NCBI GenBank assembly: GCA_964016885.1
Contig: OZ024741.1
Location: 188,294,001 to 188,358,000 of the forward strand
Source of the DNA: Eledone cirrhosa
Lineage: Eukaryota
DNA length: 64,000 nucleotides
Direction: 5' to 3'
In this document: positions 1-14,793 of the stretch, piece after piece
Numbering within the stretch: the stretch's first letter is position 1
How the letters are laid out: each line of letters opens with the position of its first letter
The notes under the pieces: generated by a model
Told to the model about the DNA's origin: nothing
The model's database searches: none
Seen by the model: only the letters and a program-made list of their open reading frames with translations
Translations under genes and position numbers: made by a program

Positions 1-932
1 GGCAATGTTGTGTCTTTGATGTCATCATCATCATCATCATCATCATCGTTGTCATTTTCTACATCAATTTTTCCACGCTTGCATGGGTATTATTGTGAAA
101 TAGTTAGGTCATAAACTTATTGAGGTGGCAATTATGTCTTAAATACATTGAAGAGTTAGTTATGTCAAAAACATATTGCTGTGTCATATTTATGTCATAA
201 GCTTATAACATTGCTATAGTTATATTAAAATTCTCACCCCATAACCACATCTGACTTGGGGCAAGTCACCCTCCACCCCATATGGTTGAGAAAATTCTTT
301 GGTTGGGTCAAGGGCATGACAACCTCTCTAGTTATAGTGTCATGAAAAATGCATCTGGTATACTCTGTGAAGTGGTTGGCATAAAAAGTGCATCCAGCTA
401 TATAAAACTTGCCAATCATAGTTGAAAGGACTCTTTAGTTTTATCAAGGACATAACAATCTTTCTGGTCCTCATGCCACAATAAAATACACTCAGTAGTT
501 TCTGTAAAGTGCTTGAATGTATCTAAGTGAGATGTGGGCTTCCTGTCAATCTGGGAGGTCTGTGGCTTCGATTAAGTACTGATTTAATCTGTGATGATTC
601 ATCCAATGCCAGCCTAGAAGAACAGATGTTAATTGATGATGATGATGATATGTATGTGTTTCTCCATGTCTGTGTCTACGTTTGTGTCTGTGTGTGTTTA
701 TGTCTAATAACTTAATGGTTCAGCAAAAAAAAAAAAAAAAAAAAAATGTGATTGATAAAATAAGTACCAGAATTGAAATAATAAATACTGTGATCAATTA
801 TGATCTACTAAATCAAGGCAGTGCTCCCACCATGGCCTGCAGTCCAATGACTGACACCAGCAACAAGAAAAATAGAAAAAAAAATTAACTAAGACTATTT
901 ATACATATATTTATAAATATATAATTATATAT

Positions 933-1258
933 GGAGGCACATGGCTTAGTGGTTAGAGCATTGGGCTTGCAAGCGAAAGGTTGTGAGTTCAATTCTCAGA
1001 CCGGGTGATGTGTTGCTTCCTTGAGCAAGACACTTTATTTCACATTACTCCAGTTTACTCAGCTGTAAATGAGATGATAGGGACTAGGGTCCATATCATT
1101 CCACTGCAAAGTTGTTGTGTAGGTGCCATGGCAAAAAGCACTCAGCACTCACTGTAAATGAGGTTGGTGTTAGGAAGGGCATCCAGCTGTAGAAATCAAG
1201 CCAGAATCAGTTCCCGTCCCACCCTTGCAAGCAGGGAAAAGTGGACATAAAATGATGA
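933..1258 (+). mobile_element. tRNA-derived SINE family A (Deu/Nin-like core, RTE-like tail)
   Basis: A-box TGGCTTAGTGG and B-box GAGTTCAATTC, core ccttgagcaagacactttatttcac, tail ...gcagggaaaagtggacataaaatgatga. Near-identical copies at 9640-9963, 10128-10400 and 25095-25530. Confidence 0.75.
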
Positions 1259-1303
1259 TATCATCATCATCCCCATTTAACATTGTTTTTTTCCCTCTGC
1301 TGG

Positions 1304-1358
<55 letters not shown>

Positions 1359-4300
1359 TATATATTTGTATATGTATATGTGTATATATGTGTGTATGTA
1401 TATATATATATATTGTATGATATTTATTAGCAATATTTGGTGTTATTTTAGATTTGTTAGTCCCCAGAAACAAAGAGAGGATGTTTGATCAATAAATCAA
1501 TAAGCAATAAATGTCAACTAGAATTACTGTCTTCCTCTCTACAATATACAAAAAACAAAAAAAAAACAAAAAAAAAAACATAAAAAAGAAGCCAGATGGC
1601 AAACGAAGGAGGAAGTTGTTTTCCTGGCTTTATGACAGTTATACATATTAAATAAATTACATTAATGAAAACATTAGTTATTTGGTTGGAGCAAGTAACT
1701 AATGTTTCAGACAATGTTTTAAGTCTCTCAAGGCAAAATAAGTTCTTTGTTGATGACACATTTAGAACCAGAATGCCAACCAACTATACAATACAATGAA
1801 ACCTCTTTGTGGTTGCTTGACCTAACAACCAGATCTCCAACAATTCTTTTGAAAAACTATTTAGTCAGTGCAAGGGGGACAGTGCCCATGACCGTTTTCA
1901 GGTTTTCTCAGACAGGTAGAAGGGATGTATCCTCAAATCAGAGACCTGGATCAAAAGCTTCCAACAGAGTGTACTCATGAAGATCATGATCAGTGTTAAA
2001 CTGGGTGACAGCAGGATTCAAAGTCAGGCCACAAAAAGTTGGAGCAAATACCACAAGGCATCTTGTCCAATACATTAACAATTCTGGTAAACCATTGCTC
2101 AGTATTGGGTTGTTATTTCATTGATTCCAAAATGGCAAAGTTGACCACAACAGGATTTAGAGTCAGAGCACATAGAGCCAGAACAAATACCACAGTAACA
2201 ACAATCAATTTGCAACCTGTAACACCATCATCATCACCACCAATCACTGTTTGACGTCTATTTTTCCATGCTTCATGGGTTAGACTGGTCATTTACATTA
2301 TGATAAACATTTGACTAGTTTGCCGCGCTGTACCTTGCTCAAACGGAATTGTATTTTGGGTGGGTTTTTTTTACAGCTTGATGCTCTTCCTAACACCAGC
2401 CATGTTTACAGTGTGGAACTGAGTGGCACTGCTATGAGACAGGTCTGACCAGTTTACCAAGCCATACATTGCTCATAATGGGACTGCAGTTAGACTGGGA
2501 TTTTACAGTTCTTCGATGCCATTTACCTACCTTTAGATTACTGAAGAGAAGTAAACTGTTCTTCACAGGTGAATAATGTCTTCAAACCAAAAAGCCAACA
2601 AACTATATGATACATTGTGTCCAGTGTTTCATCCTCAATAAGTGTAACCTCTCTGAATTTTCCTACCCCAAGTGTATCTCTTGCACTAGCAACAGCCTCA
2701 AAGACGATTGAAAAGACGATTGAAATGGCCACCTTTATTATCACCTTTACTCCATCTCTTTTTCTCTCTCTCTCTCTCTCTCCCTCTCTCTCTTTCTTTC
2801 TTTCTCTTGCTTAATCTCTCAATCTTCAGTAAAAGCAATGTTGTTGCAGTTGACATCAGCAAGCCCTCCAAACTTGTCTGGGAAAAGAACCTTCTCTGAA
2901 AGTACCACCTTACAGTCCTCCATCTATCTCTCTTTTCCCTCTATGGGTAAAGAGTGTCTTGTCCAGATTATGCCATTGTAATGTATGTAAACGGAGCTCT
3001 TGTCGACCTACATTCCAACAATACTGGACTGTCTTGGCTAAAGCAACAGCAACAACAGTAACAAAATGTAACAAGAGAACACCTCAAGTTGAAGGCAGAC
3101 TTAAATATTGCAAGCCAAGACAAGTCAGACTAATAGGCAGAGAGAGAAGAGAGCAGATAAAATATAACTTGCAGATATACTTACTGCAGTAATAGCTATG
3201 TTAATTAGGAGAAAAAAATACACCTGGCTTGCTACAGATCTCAGCAGAGTCTGACCTTCAGAGTAATTGATATCAACCAACTGACTGACCGACCAATTTA
3301 CTGCAGACAGTCTTGTCAGAGAAATATTGAGTAACAATTACATTACTTTCAATCGTTCTCAGAGAAACAAACAAACAGCAGCCACTTCTAGCCTAATCCC
3401 AGGATCAGAAACAACTAAACAGTTGAACCAAACATAAAAAGATAAGAGATACAGTGAAACATTTATCTCCTGTCTGTTTCAAACATTCTTAGTTTAGACT
3501 TGGATTTTTTCCAGTTTCTTGAAATATTGTTCAATAAAAGAATTAAGAAAAACATTCATCAAATAAATGTCTGTAATTAATCTAATTTTATCCTTGTCTT
3601 TATCATCATCATCATTACTTTATGTCTGTTTTCCATGCTGGCATGGGATGAATAGGTTACAGTCAAAGTCTGTTCATATTTGGTTTTACTGTTTCCCTAG
3701 ACAGGTCAGCAGACCATGTCATGCCTGTACCTAACAGTTTTTTTGTATAATTTCTATGGTTGGATGCCCTTCCCAGCACCAATTACTTGCATTGGGTGTA
3801 TTATATCTTTGTACCAGTACTAGAGAGGTTGTTATGTCCTTAGAAAGACAAAAGAGTCATCTTGACCTTACATTGTCTCTAGTTTAGTAACAAATATTAT
3901 TTCTAGCAGAGGCACAAATCCTCAAAATCGAACTACAGTAGGAAACATTGGATGTGGTTATGATGTTCACTTTGAAATCATATGATTTCAAGTTCACTCC
4001 CACTGTACAAATCCTCAGGCAAGTGTCTTTTACCATAGTCTCAGGTTGACCAAAGTGTAAAATTTGACAAATGGAAACTGTTCAAAAGCATGTTTAATTA
4101 CTACCAAAATATATAGCAGGTCTAATTTCTACTAGAGTACAAAACAGGTCTAAATACTACTGAAGTACATAGCACATCTAATTACTACTGAAGTACTACT
4201 GGATTCCTTCTGAAGAATGTAACTGATCTGATTATTTCTTGATTACCTCGGGAGAATGTAATATTTTTTTTGTTTCATTTTATGAATTAATAAAAGGAGA

Positions 4301-5219
4301 GTGGGTAGCTATGGATTAAGTTTACTAATAAAATTTTGGTATTTTCTTTGTTTTAGTTTATTTCTTTTATTTATTTATTATTTTTTTTTATAATAAGTAA
4401 AAATTGGAACTTCTTGAAACCACAAATGGGAGACAGAGGACTTGTAGCTGTTGAGGTTTTACATGCATCAGTGACAATGAAATACTTCTATGCCAATAAG
4501 CCACAGCAGAATTTGAATCCAGAGGGCAAGCCATGGCAAAAGATATCACAAAACATCTCAACCAATGCTCAAACATTTCCACCAATCCATTGCCCTAGAC
4601 TAATATCATATCTTATTGACGCTAAAAGAATGGAAGGCAAAGTTGACCCCAACAGAATTAACCTTCCATTTTCCCCCTAAACAAGGTTGAGAAAATAAGC
4701 ACCTGACAATGTTCTTTGGTTGATATAATCAGTTAAAAACCTTAAAGGGGGATCAATCCAAGATGCTTTTAGTCTAACCACTGCAACTAATACAATATTA
4801 ACTCTTTTTATACTGGCTTGTCAAAAACCACCTCTGATTCTATGAAACAAAACCACCCATTTTAAAGGGTTTCTATTGATATTAAAACCTTCCAACATAA
4901 TTTGATATAAAAACATTTTGTTAAATTATATTACAAATACCACCTTAATAATAATCATTAACATTATCATTTTTAGGTCAACCATTTTATGCTCGGACAA
5001 TTTTAAGTAATGTTTTTGAACCAGATGCCCTTCCTGATATCAAAAACTTTAGTTACTTTTAAGACACATAAAGATACTGCGCACCCATTCTAAACTGGAT
5101 ATACATAGGATACACACAGTTAAATTCTCCCAAAACTTCACAAATGAGTTAAGGGATTCAAATGCAAAAAAGAAAATGTATCACGTTTGTTAGATTCATG
5201 TAAAAGGAATATGTCTTAC

Positions 5220-5364
5220 CATAATTCACTGTCATTGCTTATGGTACGGAATCTTTTACTAACTTGAGCAGCTCGACACAAGTCAAACTCTAGTAGAAAA
5301 CTAAAAATCTTCAGCATCACTTCATCGGGTAATTTATCCTGGAAATACTCCTCTCCTGACGTAT
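5220..5364 (-). CDS. FBXO11: F-box-domain exon of FBXO11-like gene
   Basis: Translates (N)[48 protein letters not shown], closely resembling the FBXO11 F-box as I recall it ([25 protein letters not shown]). Acceptor is ...tttctatcaacAG and donor is TG|GTAAG. 145 nt, phase 1 in and phase 2 out. Confidence 0.9.
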
Positions 5365-5946
5365 CTGTTGATAGAAACAAAGCAAATTTTTTAAATACAT
5401 GTGTGTGTGTGAGTGTATATATTTGTACACGTGCGCGCACGCACACACATACACACGCACACACGTGCACTTTAAGATTTATAAGATTATAGATAATAGA
5501 AAATTGAAAACCAAGCATAAACAAGAGTCAGCATTCAATATGGATGCCTGGTTTTTGGTGTGGAATGGAAATATTGCTAATCCAGGGACAATTCAAATAA
5601 ATATCATTATTTCAATGAAATTCAGGTGACCAATATTCTATTGAATTGGTGTACAATATATACAACATCAGCATAAGAGTCTGTTTTACCTGCTAGCAAA
5701 GGTGGGGTGGGTCTTCACAGACCAAGTCAGTACTGAAGCATGTCTACTGGTCTCCCAGAGAAGAGGGACTCCACATCTCACTTGCACATTGTCCCACATT
5801 CTACCAAGTGCATGTTATCATGGTGCTAGCACTACAGGGGTTGCCATGTCTTTGACATATATATATATATATATATATAAACATATATAAATTTATATAT
5901 ATATATAAACATAAATTTTTATATATATATATATATATATATAAAC

Positions 5947-5996
<50 letters not shown>

Positions 5997-6044
5997 GTGT
6001 GTATATTTATATATATATATATACATATATATAAATATACACAC

Positions 6045-6082
<38 letters not shown>

Positions 6083-6409
6083 TATATATATATATATATC
6101 ATTTTTTCATTTTACGTCCGTTTTTTCCCTGCTTGCAAGGGTGGGACTATATATATATATATATACATATGTATATATACATATATACATATAAATATGC
6201 ATATATATATATACCTATATACATATAAATATGCATATATATATATGTATATTTATATATATATATATACCTATATACATAGAAATATGCATATATATAT
6301 ATTTATATATATAAATATACATATATATATATATATAGAAAGGATGAATATAAAATGAAAGTGCTTTTTTAAAAAAAATATACACATATATATATATATA
6401 TATATATAA

Positions 6410-6470
<61 letters not shown>

Positions 6471-6491
6471 CATACATATATATATATATAT

Positions 6492-6537
<46 letters not shown>

Positions 6538-6739
6538 GTAGATAAATCTACCAAGAGTTTACGGTAGTGTCCAATCCGTATGAAGAACTCAATGTAGTCC
6601 GGATATCATGGAAAGAAGAGATGCAATGAAAAATCACTTTCGGTGAAAGATAAACGGAATACAGAGTCAAGATAAAATATTAAAAAAATAATGAATAAAA
6701 CAATGAAACAGTTCCTTATATTAAACAAAAAAAGTTCAT

Positions 6740-6867
6740 TATTTAACGATCGTTTCTAGGATATATATGTGTTAGAATTGGCATGCATATTCAACAGATC
6801 TATGTACAAAATTATACAAACTATCAAGATTAAATATACATACCAAACACACATATATGCCGTCTTC

Positions 6868-6872
<5 letters not shown>
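6740..6872 (-). ncRNA. Hammerhead-like motif, long stem II subfamily (partly degenerate)
   Basis: CTGAAGA ... ~105 nt ... GAAA CGATCG TT. Shares the palindromic stem III ACGATCGT and internal atctgttga..tatgca with the 28513 copy. Stem I is imperfect. Confidence 0.5.
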
Positions 6873-6936
<64 letters not shown>

Positions 6937-7041
6937 TACATATACATATATAAATATATATATATAAATAAATATACATATACATATATATATATATAAA
7001 TAAATATACATATATAAATATACATATATATATATATATAA

Positions 7042-7100
<59 letters not shown>

Positions 7101-7119
7101 CATACATATATATATATAC

Positions 7120-7160
<41 letters not shown>

Positions 7161-7331
7161 TACATATACATATATAAATATATATATATAAATAAATATA
7201 CATATACATATATATATATATAAATAAATATACATATATAAATATACATATATATATATATATATATAAATATATTTTGTTTCTGAATTTGTTTAGCAAG
7301 ATTCTTTATCTGAAAACGTGTGTTGAAATCG

Positions 7332-7800
7332 ATATTGTTATACTTTGGGAGGGTCATGTTGCCAATAAGAAACACAAGCACCAGTTGCTTTCACTCCAAT
7401 TTATTATAAATTAAATTATAAATTAAAAAATTTATAAATTTCTAGTGGTTGGTTGGTTCCACAACCGGACAGTTGTTCATATATTGTCAAAGTTCTTTCG
7501 TCACACATTCTGTGACCTCTTCAGTGACTGGGGATTCTTTTCTTTGTTTTGTGCCTCTCCTTTGTTCTGTCCTACGCCAGGAGAGGCACAAAATAAAGAA
7601 AACAATCCCCAGACACTGAAGAGGTCACAGAATGTGTGACAAAAGAACTTTGACAATATATGAACAACCGTCCGGTTGTGGAACCAACCAACTGGAAAAT
7701 ATTTTTAAATTTATAATTTAATTTATAATAAATTGGAGTGAAAGCAACTGGTGCTTGTGTTTCTTATTGGCAACATGACCCTCCCAAAGTATAACAATAT
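7332..7800. repeat. Long palindrome (~225-bp arms, 17-nt spacer), putative inverted Penelope-like terminus
   Basis: atattgttatactttgggagggtcatgttgcc...gtgcctctcct is the near-exact reverse complement of aggagaggcac...ggcaacatgaccctcccaaagtataacaatat. Each arm carries a hammerhead-like motif. Confidence 0.92.
7486..7528 (-). ncRNA. Minimal hammerhead-like motif (extra nucleotide before stem II, CUU site)
   Basis: gtca CTGAAGA g gtcaca-gaatg-tgtgac GAAA gaac TT tgac: stem I gtca/tgac, 6-bp stem II. The plus-arm copy at 7612-7654 has GAAA changed to AAAA. Confidence 0.55.
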
Positions 7801-7810
7801 ATAAATATAC

Positions 7811-7883
<73 letters not shown>

Positions 7884-8187
7884 TATATATATATAAATAT
7901 ATATATACATATATATATAAATATATATATAAATATATATATAAATATATGTATATATATAAATATATGTATATATATAAATATATGTATATATATAAAT
8001 ATATGTATATATATAAATATATGTATATATATAAATATTTGTATATATATATAAATATTTGTATATATATAAATATATGTATATATATAAATATATGTAT
8101 ATATATAAATATATGTATATATATAAATATATGTATATATATAAATATATGTATATATATAAATATATGTATATATATAAATATATG

Positions 8188-8275
<88 letters not shown>

Positions 8276-8276
8276 A

Positions 8277-8441
<165 letters not shown>

Positions 8442-8448
8442 AATATAC

Positions 8449-9068
8449 ATTCTGTATGACTTGGGTAACTATGCGGGTGACCATGGTGTGTCCCACCGTG
8501 CCAGATGCCTTCAGCATCTCAGCAACTATTTCCGAAGGCCCAGCCGCCTTACCCGTCTTCATATCCTTGATTGCCTTACTTATTATACTCCCCTCGACTA
8601 ACACTGCTGGTCCCTCTATTGGGTCGATATGGGGGAGACTGTCTTTCTCCCATTTATTCTCCTCATTTAGTAGCCTTTCATAGTGACACTTCCAAGCTAC
8701 CTTCTTATCAGTGTCGGTGATGGCAAGTATGCCATCATCGTTAAGTACACACTTCTCCCCGACAATATCACGGTTTTCCTTGACGCATTGCCTAGCAATC
8801 CTGAACACCTCACGTTTTTGGTCATCGCGTTGTAGAACATGCTTGAACTTTCTTTCCTCAGCTTCCCTTCTTGCTAAGTACACTTCTCTCCTAGCTCCCC
8901 TCCTGGCCACTTGATAGTCTACTCTACTTCCCCCATCCCGCCATACTTTCCAAGCCTGCTTTTTGGCCTTAATTGACCCCTCCACCTTACTGTTCCACCA
9001 CCATGTTACTCTCCTCCTGCCTACAGGTCTGCTCCAGCCACAGACTTCGTCTGTCGCCAACAGCAGGT
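8449..9068 (-). mobile_element. RTE-clade LINE ORF fragment (region upstream of RT core)
   Basis: [22 protein letters not shown]...[13 protein letters not shown]...[21 protein letters not shown]. Both ends abut (TA)n. Confidence 0.85.
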
Positions 9069-9259
9069 TTATATATATATATATATAAATACATATATAT
9101 ATATAAATACATATATATATATATAAATATACATATATATATATATATAAATATACATATATATATATAAATATACATATATATATAAATATACATATAT
9201 ATATATACATACATATATATATATATATATCGACATACACATATATATAAATATACATA

Positions 9260-9414
9260 GTAATAATAATAAATGTGAAGACTAAAATCCAAAGAGGGCT
9301 CGATAAGGATAAATACATATCAAATATATAAGAACCCTAGAGCAAATATTAAGATCCCATTAAGGATGAAAGCAGCGATTCTTAGCTTAATCTTTAATCT
9401 GTTATTATAATAAA
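9260..9414. repeat. Dispersed repeat shared with 50454-50680
   Basis: 9260-9350 is the reverse complement of ~50592-50680, and 9352-9414 is a direct match to ~50532-50594. Confidence 0.75.
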
Positions 9415-9605
9415 GGGCGGTGAATTGGCAGTATCGGTAGAGGGTTGGACGCCATGCTTTCTAGCATAGTTACGTCCCTTTACAGTCTGAGTTCAAATCC
9501 CGCCGAGGTTAACTTTGCCTTTCATCCTTACGGGGTCGATAAAATAAAGTACCAGTAATGTACTGGGTAATTGCTGGCCTTGTGCCTAAATTATAAACAA
9601 TTATA
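9415..9605 (+). mobile_element. tRNA-derived SINE family B (Meta-domain-like core)
   Basis: A-box TGGCAGTATCGG and B-box GAGTTCAAATCCC, core gccgaggttaactttgcctttcatccttacggggtcgataaaataaagtacc. Copies at 26975-27135(-), 27140-27355(-), 27843-28020(+), 30055-30275(-), 47553-47735(+), 48753-48935(+), 48955-49092(-), plus degraded ones. Confidence 0.8.
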
Positions 9606-9639
9606 ATATATATATATATATATATATATCATTTCATCA

Positions 9640-10083
<444 letters not shown>

Positions 10084-10127
10084 TATATATATATATAAAT
10101 ATACATATATATATAAATATACATATC

Positions 10128-10400
10128 GAGGCACATGGCTTAGTGGTTAGAGCATTGGCCTTGCAATCGAAAGGTTGTGAGTTAAATTCTCAGACCGGGT
10201 GATGTGTTGTTTCCTTGAGCAAGACACTTTATTTCACATTGCTCCAGTTGACTCAGCTGTAGAAATGAGATGATAGGACTCGGGTCCCTATCATTCCACT
10301 GTAAAGTGGTCGTGGAGGTGCCACGGCAAAAAAGCACCCAGCCCGTCCCACCCTTGCAAGCAGGGAAAAGCGGACGTAAAATGAAATGAATTGAATGATG
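10128..10400 (+). mobile_element. SINE family A (head-to-head with 9640-9963)
   Basis: gaggcacatggcttagtggttagagc...gcagggaaaagcggacgtaaaatga. Confidence 0.75.
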
Positions 10401-10429
10401 ATATAAATATACATATATATGTGTATTTA

Positions 10430-10485
<56 letters not shown>

Positions 10486-10611
10486 CATGATAAACACAAA
10501 AAACTCATAGAGAGAGAGATGCAGTCATCAAACGCATGCACAGACACGAAACACGAAAAACGCACCACAAAAAGAAGACAAGATGGAGTAGATGTTTAAG
10601 ACGAGAAAAAA

Positions 10612-10786
10612 GAGGAGGCACAAAACAGATAGTCATTGAGGAGGCCACAGAATGTGTGACGAAAGAACTTTGACAAACGAATGAATAACGAGCAATAAAG
10701 ATAAAAATAAAGTGAAAATTATATGGTGTGTGTGTTTCTTTCTATTGGTAATATTGGCAACATGACCATCCCAAAATCTAACAATA
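10612..10786 (+). mobile_element. Single arm of the 7332-7800 repeat family with degenerate hammerhead (10632-10674)
   Basis: gtca TTGAGGA g gccacagaatgtgtgac GAAA gaactttgac ... ggcaacatgaccatcccaaaatctaacaatat followed by (TA)n. Confidence 0.7.
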
Positions 10787-11073
10787 TATATATATATATA
10801 TATTATAAATACTGTAACTTATATCGTACTGTAATTCTCGCATTATATTACCTTTTGTGTTTCAAGTTTTTGCATTATACAATATTTACAATGTGGGTTC
10901 AACATGTTAATCACGTCCTTGCTATTTGGTCCATATCTATGTTTGTAACTGCTCACTCTTAATCTTAGCCAACTTCTCCTTGATATCTTTCCTAAGCTTT
11001 AATAGATGTATACTCCATATTCTTCTGAGTTTTTGGCTTGTATTGGCCGATAGTGCTTCTTGTAGCTTTACTT

Positions 11074-11111
11074 GCCCTGATGAGTCCTTAATAGGACGAA
11101 ACATTGTTAGC
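11074..11111 (+). ncRNA. Minimal type-I hammerhead ribozyme motif
   Basis: gcc CTGATGA gtcct-taat-aggac GAAA cattg TT agc, followed by AATAAA. Canonical core and perfect 5-bp stem II, with one stem I mismatch. Confidence 0.7.
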
Positions 11112-11260
11112 TAATAAAGACTTTTGATGTATTGAAGGCTTCTTTGGTTTATTTTTTATAATTCTTCGGCTCTGTTTAATTACATTGAGCTATATCTTAT
11201 ACTGTCATTTCTATAATATGAAGAGGGTGTTTAACTCTAACACACTCTAGTATTTTAATT

Positions 11261-11311
<51 letters not shown>

Positions 11312-11910
11312 TTTAAGGTGGTGAACCGATAGGGAAATCATAATGTTTGAGTGAATGTTGTATTTTTTCCAGTCCTCAGCATACTGAGTTTAAATCTTGC
11401 TGAGATCAATTTTGCCTTTCATCTTTCTTGGGTTGATAACTGAAGTACCAGTCATATACTGTAGTAACCCTGTCTTTCTTAATAATAAAAATTCCTAACC
11501 TAAGCAGAAGGCCAAAAGCTTGGGCGTGAAGAAACAGTTGATTAAATTGACCACAGTATTTCTCTGATAGCTTATTTTATCAACACCAGAAGAATAAAAG
11601 GTAAAAGGCATAAATGCAATAAAAACATTTTGATTGATGTTGTAATGATCGTGCCAATCCACCATCGTAATGATATTAATAATAACTTGTTGCTCCTGTG
11701 GACATCCATGGTTTAATTAGAAACAGCCACCAAGTATCAAAGATCAATATATTTTAAATGCTTTAATTACAAGTTATATAGATGTACACACAAATATAAT
11801 TGTCTGGGATTTAGAAAAAAAGATTTTCAGCACTGTCACTACCACCACTCTTACCAATACATATGTATGCTTACTATCTTCTTTCCATAAAGAATTGTTA
11901 TAGCATGGGT

Positions 11911-12117
11911 TTAACCCTTTAGCAATTGCATTACTTTATATTTACTATTGTATTTTTGCTTTACCTCACATAATATCGAATCTATGATATTTTGATATTA
12001 TTTATTTTGAGAACAATAGCTTAACATCAGCATGAGCAGCTGGTTACGGCTGGTTTGAACAGAAAAAGGTGAGAGAATTTTGGCTGGATACAGCCAGTTT
12101 AAATGCTAAAAGGTTAA
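11911..12117 (-). mobile_element. piggyBac-type MITE copy
   Basis: TTAA-cccttttagca-like left end and tgctaaaagg-TTAA right end. Reverse-complement match to 39360-39588. Confidence 0.75.
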
Positions 12118-12344
12118 AATAAATGGTTTTCACTGATGCTACTACCACCCCCACTCGCTCTCTCACATGTATACACACTCTTGCTATCCCCTTTCCAGCA
12201 TGACCAACGTTTTACATGATATATACAGCAGCTTTAATAATGCCTTAGAAATAATAATTTTAGATAATATTGTTATCACAATATTCATTTTCCACAAATG
12301 AAGGAAATGTTCATTTATATCAAGGGAAATTTTTGGTTAATGTT

Positions 12345-13110
12345 TGAGGACAACACCTCGAGTCCTTATGTCAAAGGTATCCATGAGAAACAGCTTTCTA
12401 CACTGCTTGGCAGGCTCATCATAGGGTGCTAGTACATCTATATAGCAGTGCTCTAGCCTTGGTCTACAGTGCTGCAAAGTACGTCTCCCGCACCAAGATG
12501 CTAGATACAATACTTTATGGCTCATCACCAGATGTCTCCAACTGACACCAACTGTGTATCTACCTTTGCTCTCAGGTATTGTTCCTGCATTCCTTAATAG
12601 AGAGCATCACACATATAGGCTAATAACCAAGGCCTCAATAGACCCAAGTCATCTGTTCCATGACATGATTGATGATTCTCAGCTACTGGACCAACACCAA
12701 TTGATGTCATGCTGCCCTTTCTCCCATTATGCTGCAAATGTTTCAGATGTGGAGTGCTAGCTGGCAACAGACATTTCGATCCGCCTAACTGAATGTCAAC
12801 CCCGATACGGCCCTCCCACCAGGCTCTAACTTCTCTCAGGAGTGAGTGCCTCTGTATCCACTACGCACAGGCGTCAGTCAATTCAATGCAACCATGCACC
12901 AATGGTGACCGCATCTATCAGCAACTTGACAGTGTGGCTCGCCAAAGCAGACTGCTAAACATATACTGAGTGAGTGCCTGGATCTCCACCCACCTGAGAA
13001 TATGGACCTCACCCACACAAATCCCACTATTGTGAGCTGGTTACATCACCTGGATGGGGTGAGGGATATCTCACATAATTGCAGCTGTCTAAATAAACAA
13101 GAAGAAAAAG
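12345..13110 (+). mobile_element. Degenerate Ingi/Vingi-like (I-group) LINE 3' region
   Basis: Interrupted frames give LAGSS*GAS..SALALVYSAAKY and LRTGVSQFNATMHQW*...*QCGSPKQTAKHILSECL (C-terminal CCHC knuckle). Multiple stops. Confidence 0.65.
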
Positions 13111-14513
13111 AATCATGTCTTCTTTCCCAAGCTGCCATCTGTAAGATAAGATTTCGTTGAGGCTCTATTCTGTAGCAGAATGTCCTTTATGACATCAACT
13201 CTTACTTATTTTCAAGTATAGTACTCGAAAGCAAATAAGATACTGAACCTCATCTCTCAAACCCCTAAGTTGCAGGACACATTCTTTCTGTGGGACTTAA
13301 ACAACACTATCAGCTGCCATGGCAGTGTTTGTTAATTCAAATGTTTATAGAATTTAAACTACATGACAAATCACTGTGAACATTTTTAATGTGATGCAGT
13401 CAGTCATATTCCTATTATATAGTTTTCAAGAATGTCTCACTAATGCAGTTTTATGCATTACAAGGTATTAAGAGTTACAGTTAAGACATGCAGAAACAAA
13501 CACAATCATGCATGCACACACACATTCACACAGATGCATACACATACATTCATATATACATACATACAAATATACATACATACATACATACATAAATACA
13601 TACATACATACAACAGTCGTCCACATAGTTTGTATCAACCACATTCCAATTGCAAGGAATTGGCCAGTCCATGACTATAGTAGAAGACATTTGCCCAAAG
13701 TGCCATGCAATGAGATGAAACCAAATCTATGTCATTGCAAAGTAAAATTAATAACCACACTGCCATGCCTGCATCAAGGTATAATTTACAGCAAATCAAT
13801 GCATTTATATATTGTAACTCCTGGTGGGGTCATTGGGGCATTTTAGTGATATACAATGAGTGTGCCTTGAACATTTTAAATCTGGCAGAGTCCATCCCTC
13901 TCCTGGTCTGAACACAACCAATTCCTTCCAGAAAGGGAGAAAGAAAGTGAGTAAGAAGGAATGAGAAAGATATATAGAGAAATTATTGACCCTAGTAATA
14001 AACTGGTACTTCTTTTCATCAGACTCAAAAGGATGAAAAGCAAAATTGACCTTGGCAGAATTTGAAATCAGAATGGAGAAAGCCAGAATGAATACTGCAA
14101 AGCATTCTATCCAATGTTCTAATGAGTCTGCCATTTCAGCACCTTACATTTTTATATTATTGAACTATAATAACTATCCACAAAATAAATAAATAAATAA
14201 ATAAATAAATAAACAAGATATTTTACATAAATAAATAAAATGTGATGGATAATAAATTACTGATGGAAAATCCCCACAGAAAGTGAAAAACAATATACTA
14301 TACTGTGGGATTGTGTGTGTGTGTGTGTGCGGGGTGTAGGTGTATATGCGTGTGTGTACATATTGGTTGCATTTATTCTGAATTGGATAACATTATACTA
14401 TTTCCGTAAGCCTACCAGTATCATTGGCACAATGTACATACATGTTTATACAAACATATATATATATATTTATACATATATATATATATATAAATACATA
14501 CATATATACATAC

Positions 14514-14546
<33 letters not shown>

Positions 14547-14592
14547 CATACATACATATATATATATACATACATATATATATACAAACATA

Positions 14593-14624
<32 letters not shown>

Positions 14625-14793
14625 CATATATATATACAAACATATATATATATACATACATATATATATATACATACATACATATATATACATACATACA
14701 TATATATACAAACATATATATATACATACATGTATATACATATATATACATATATATACATATGTATGTATATACATATATATATACATATAT

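Noticed and set aside
933-1005. tRNA-like heads with A and B boxes
   Set aside because: They continue into SINE bodies and are repeated, so they are not tRNA genes.
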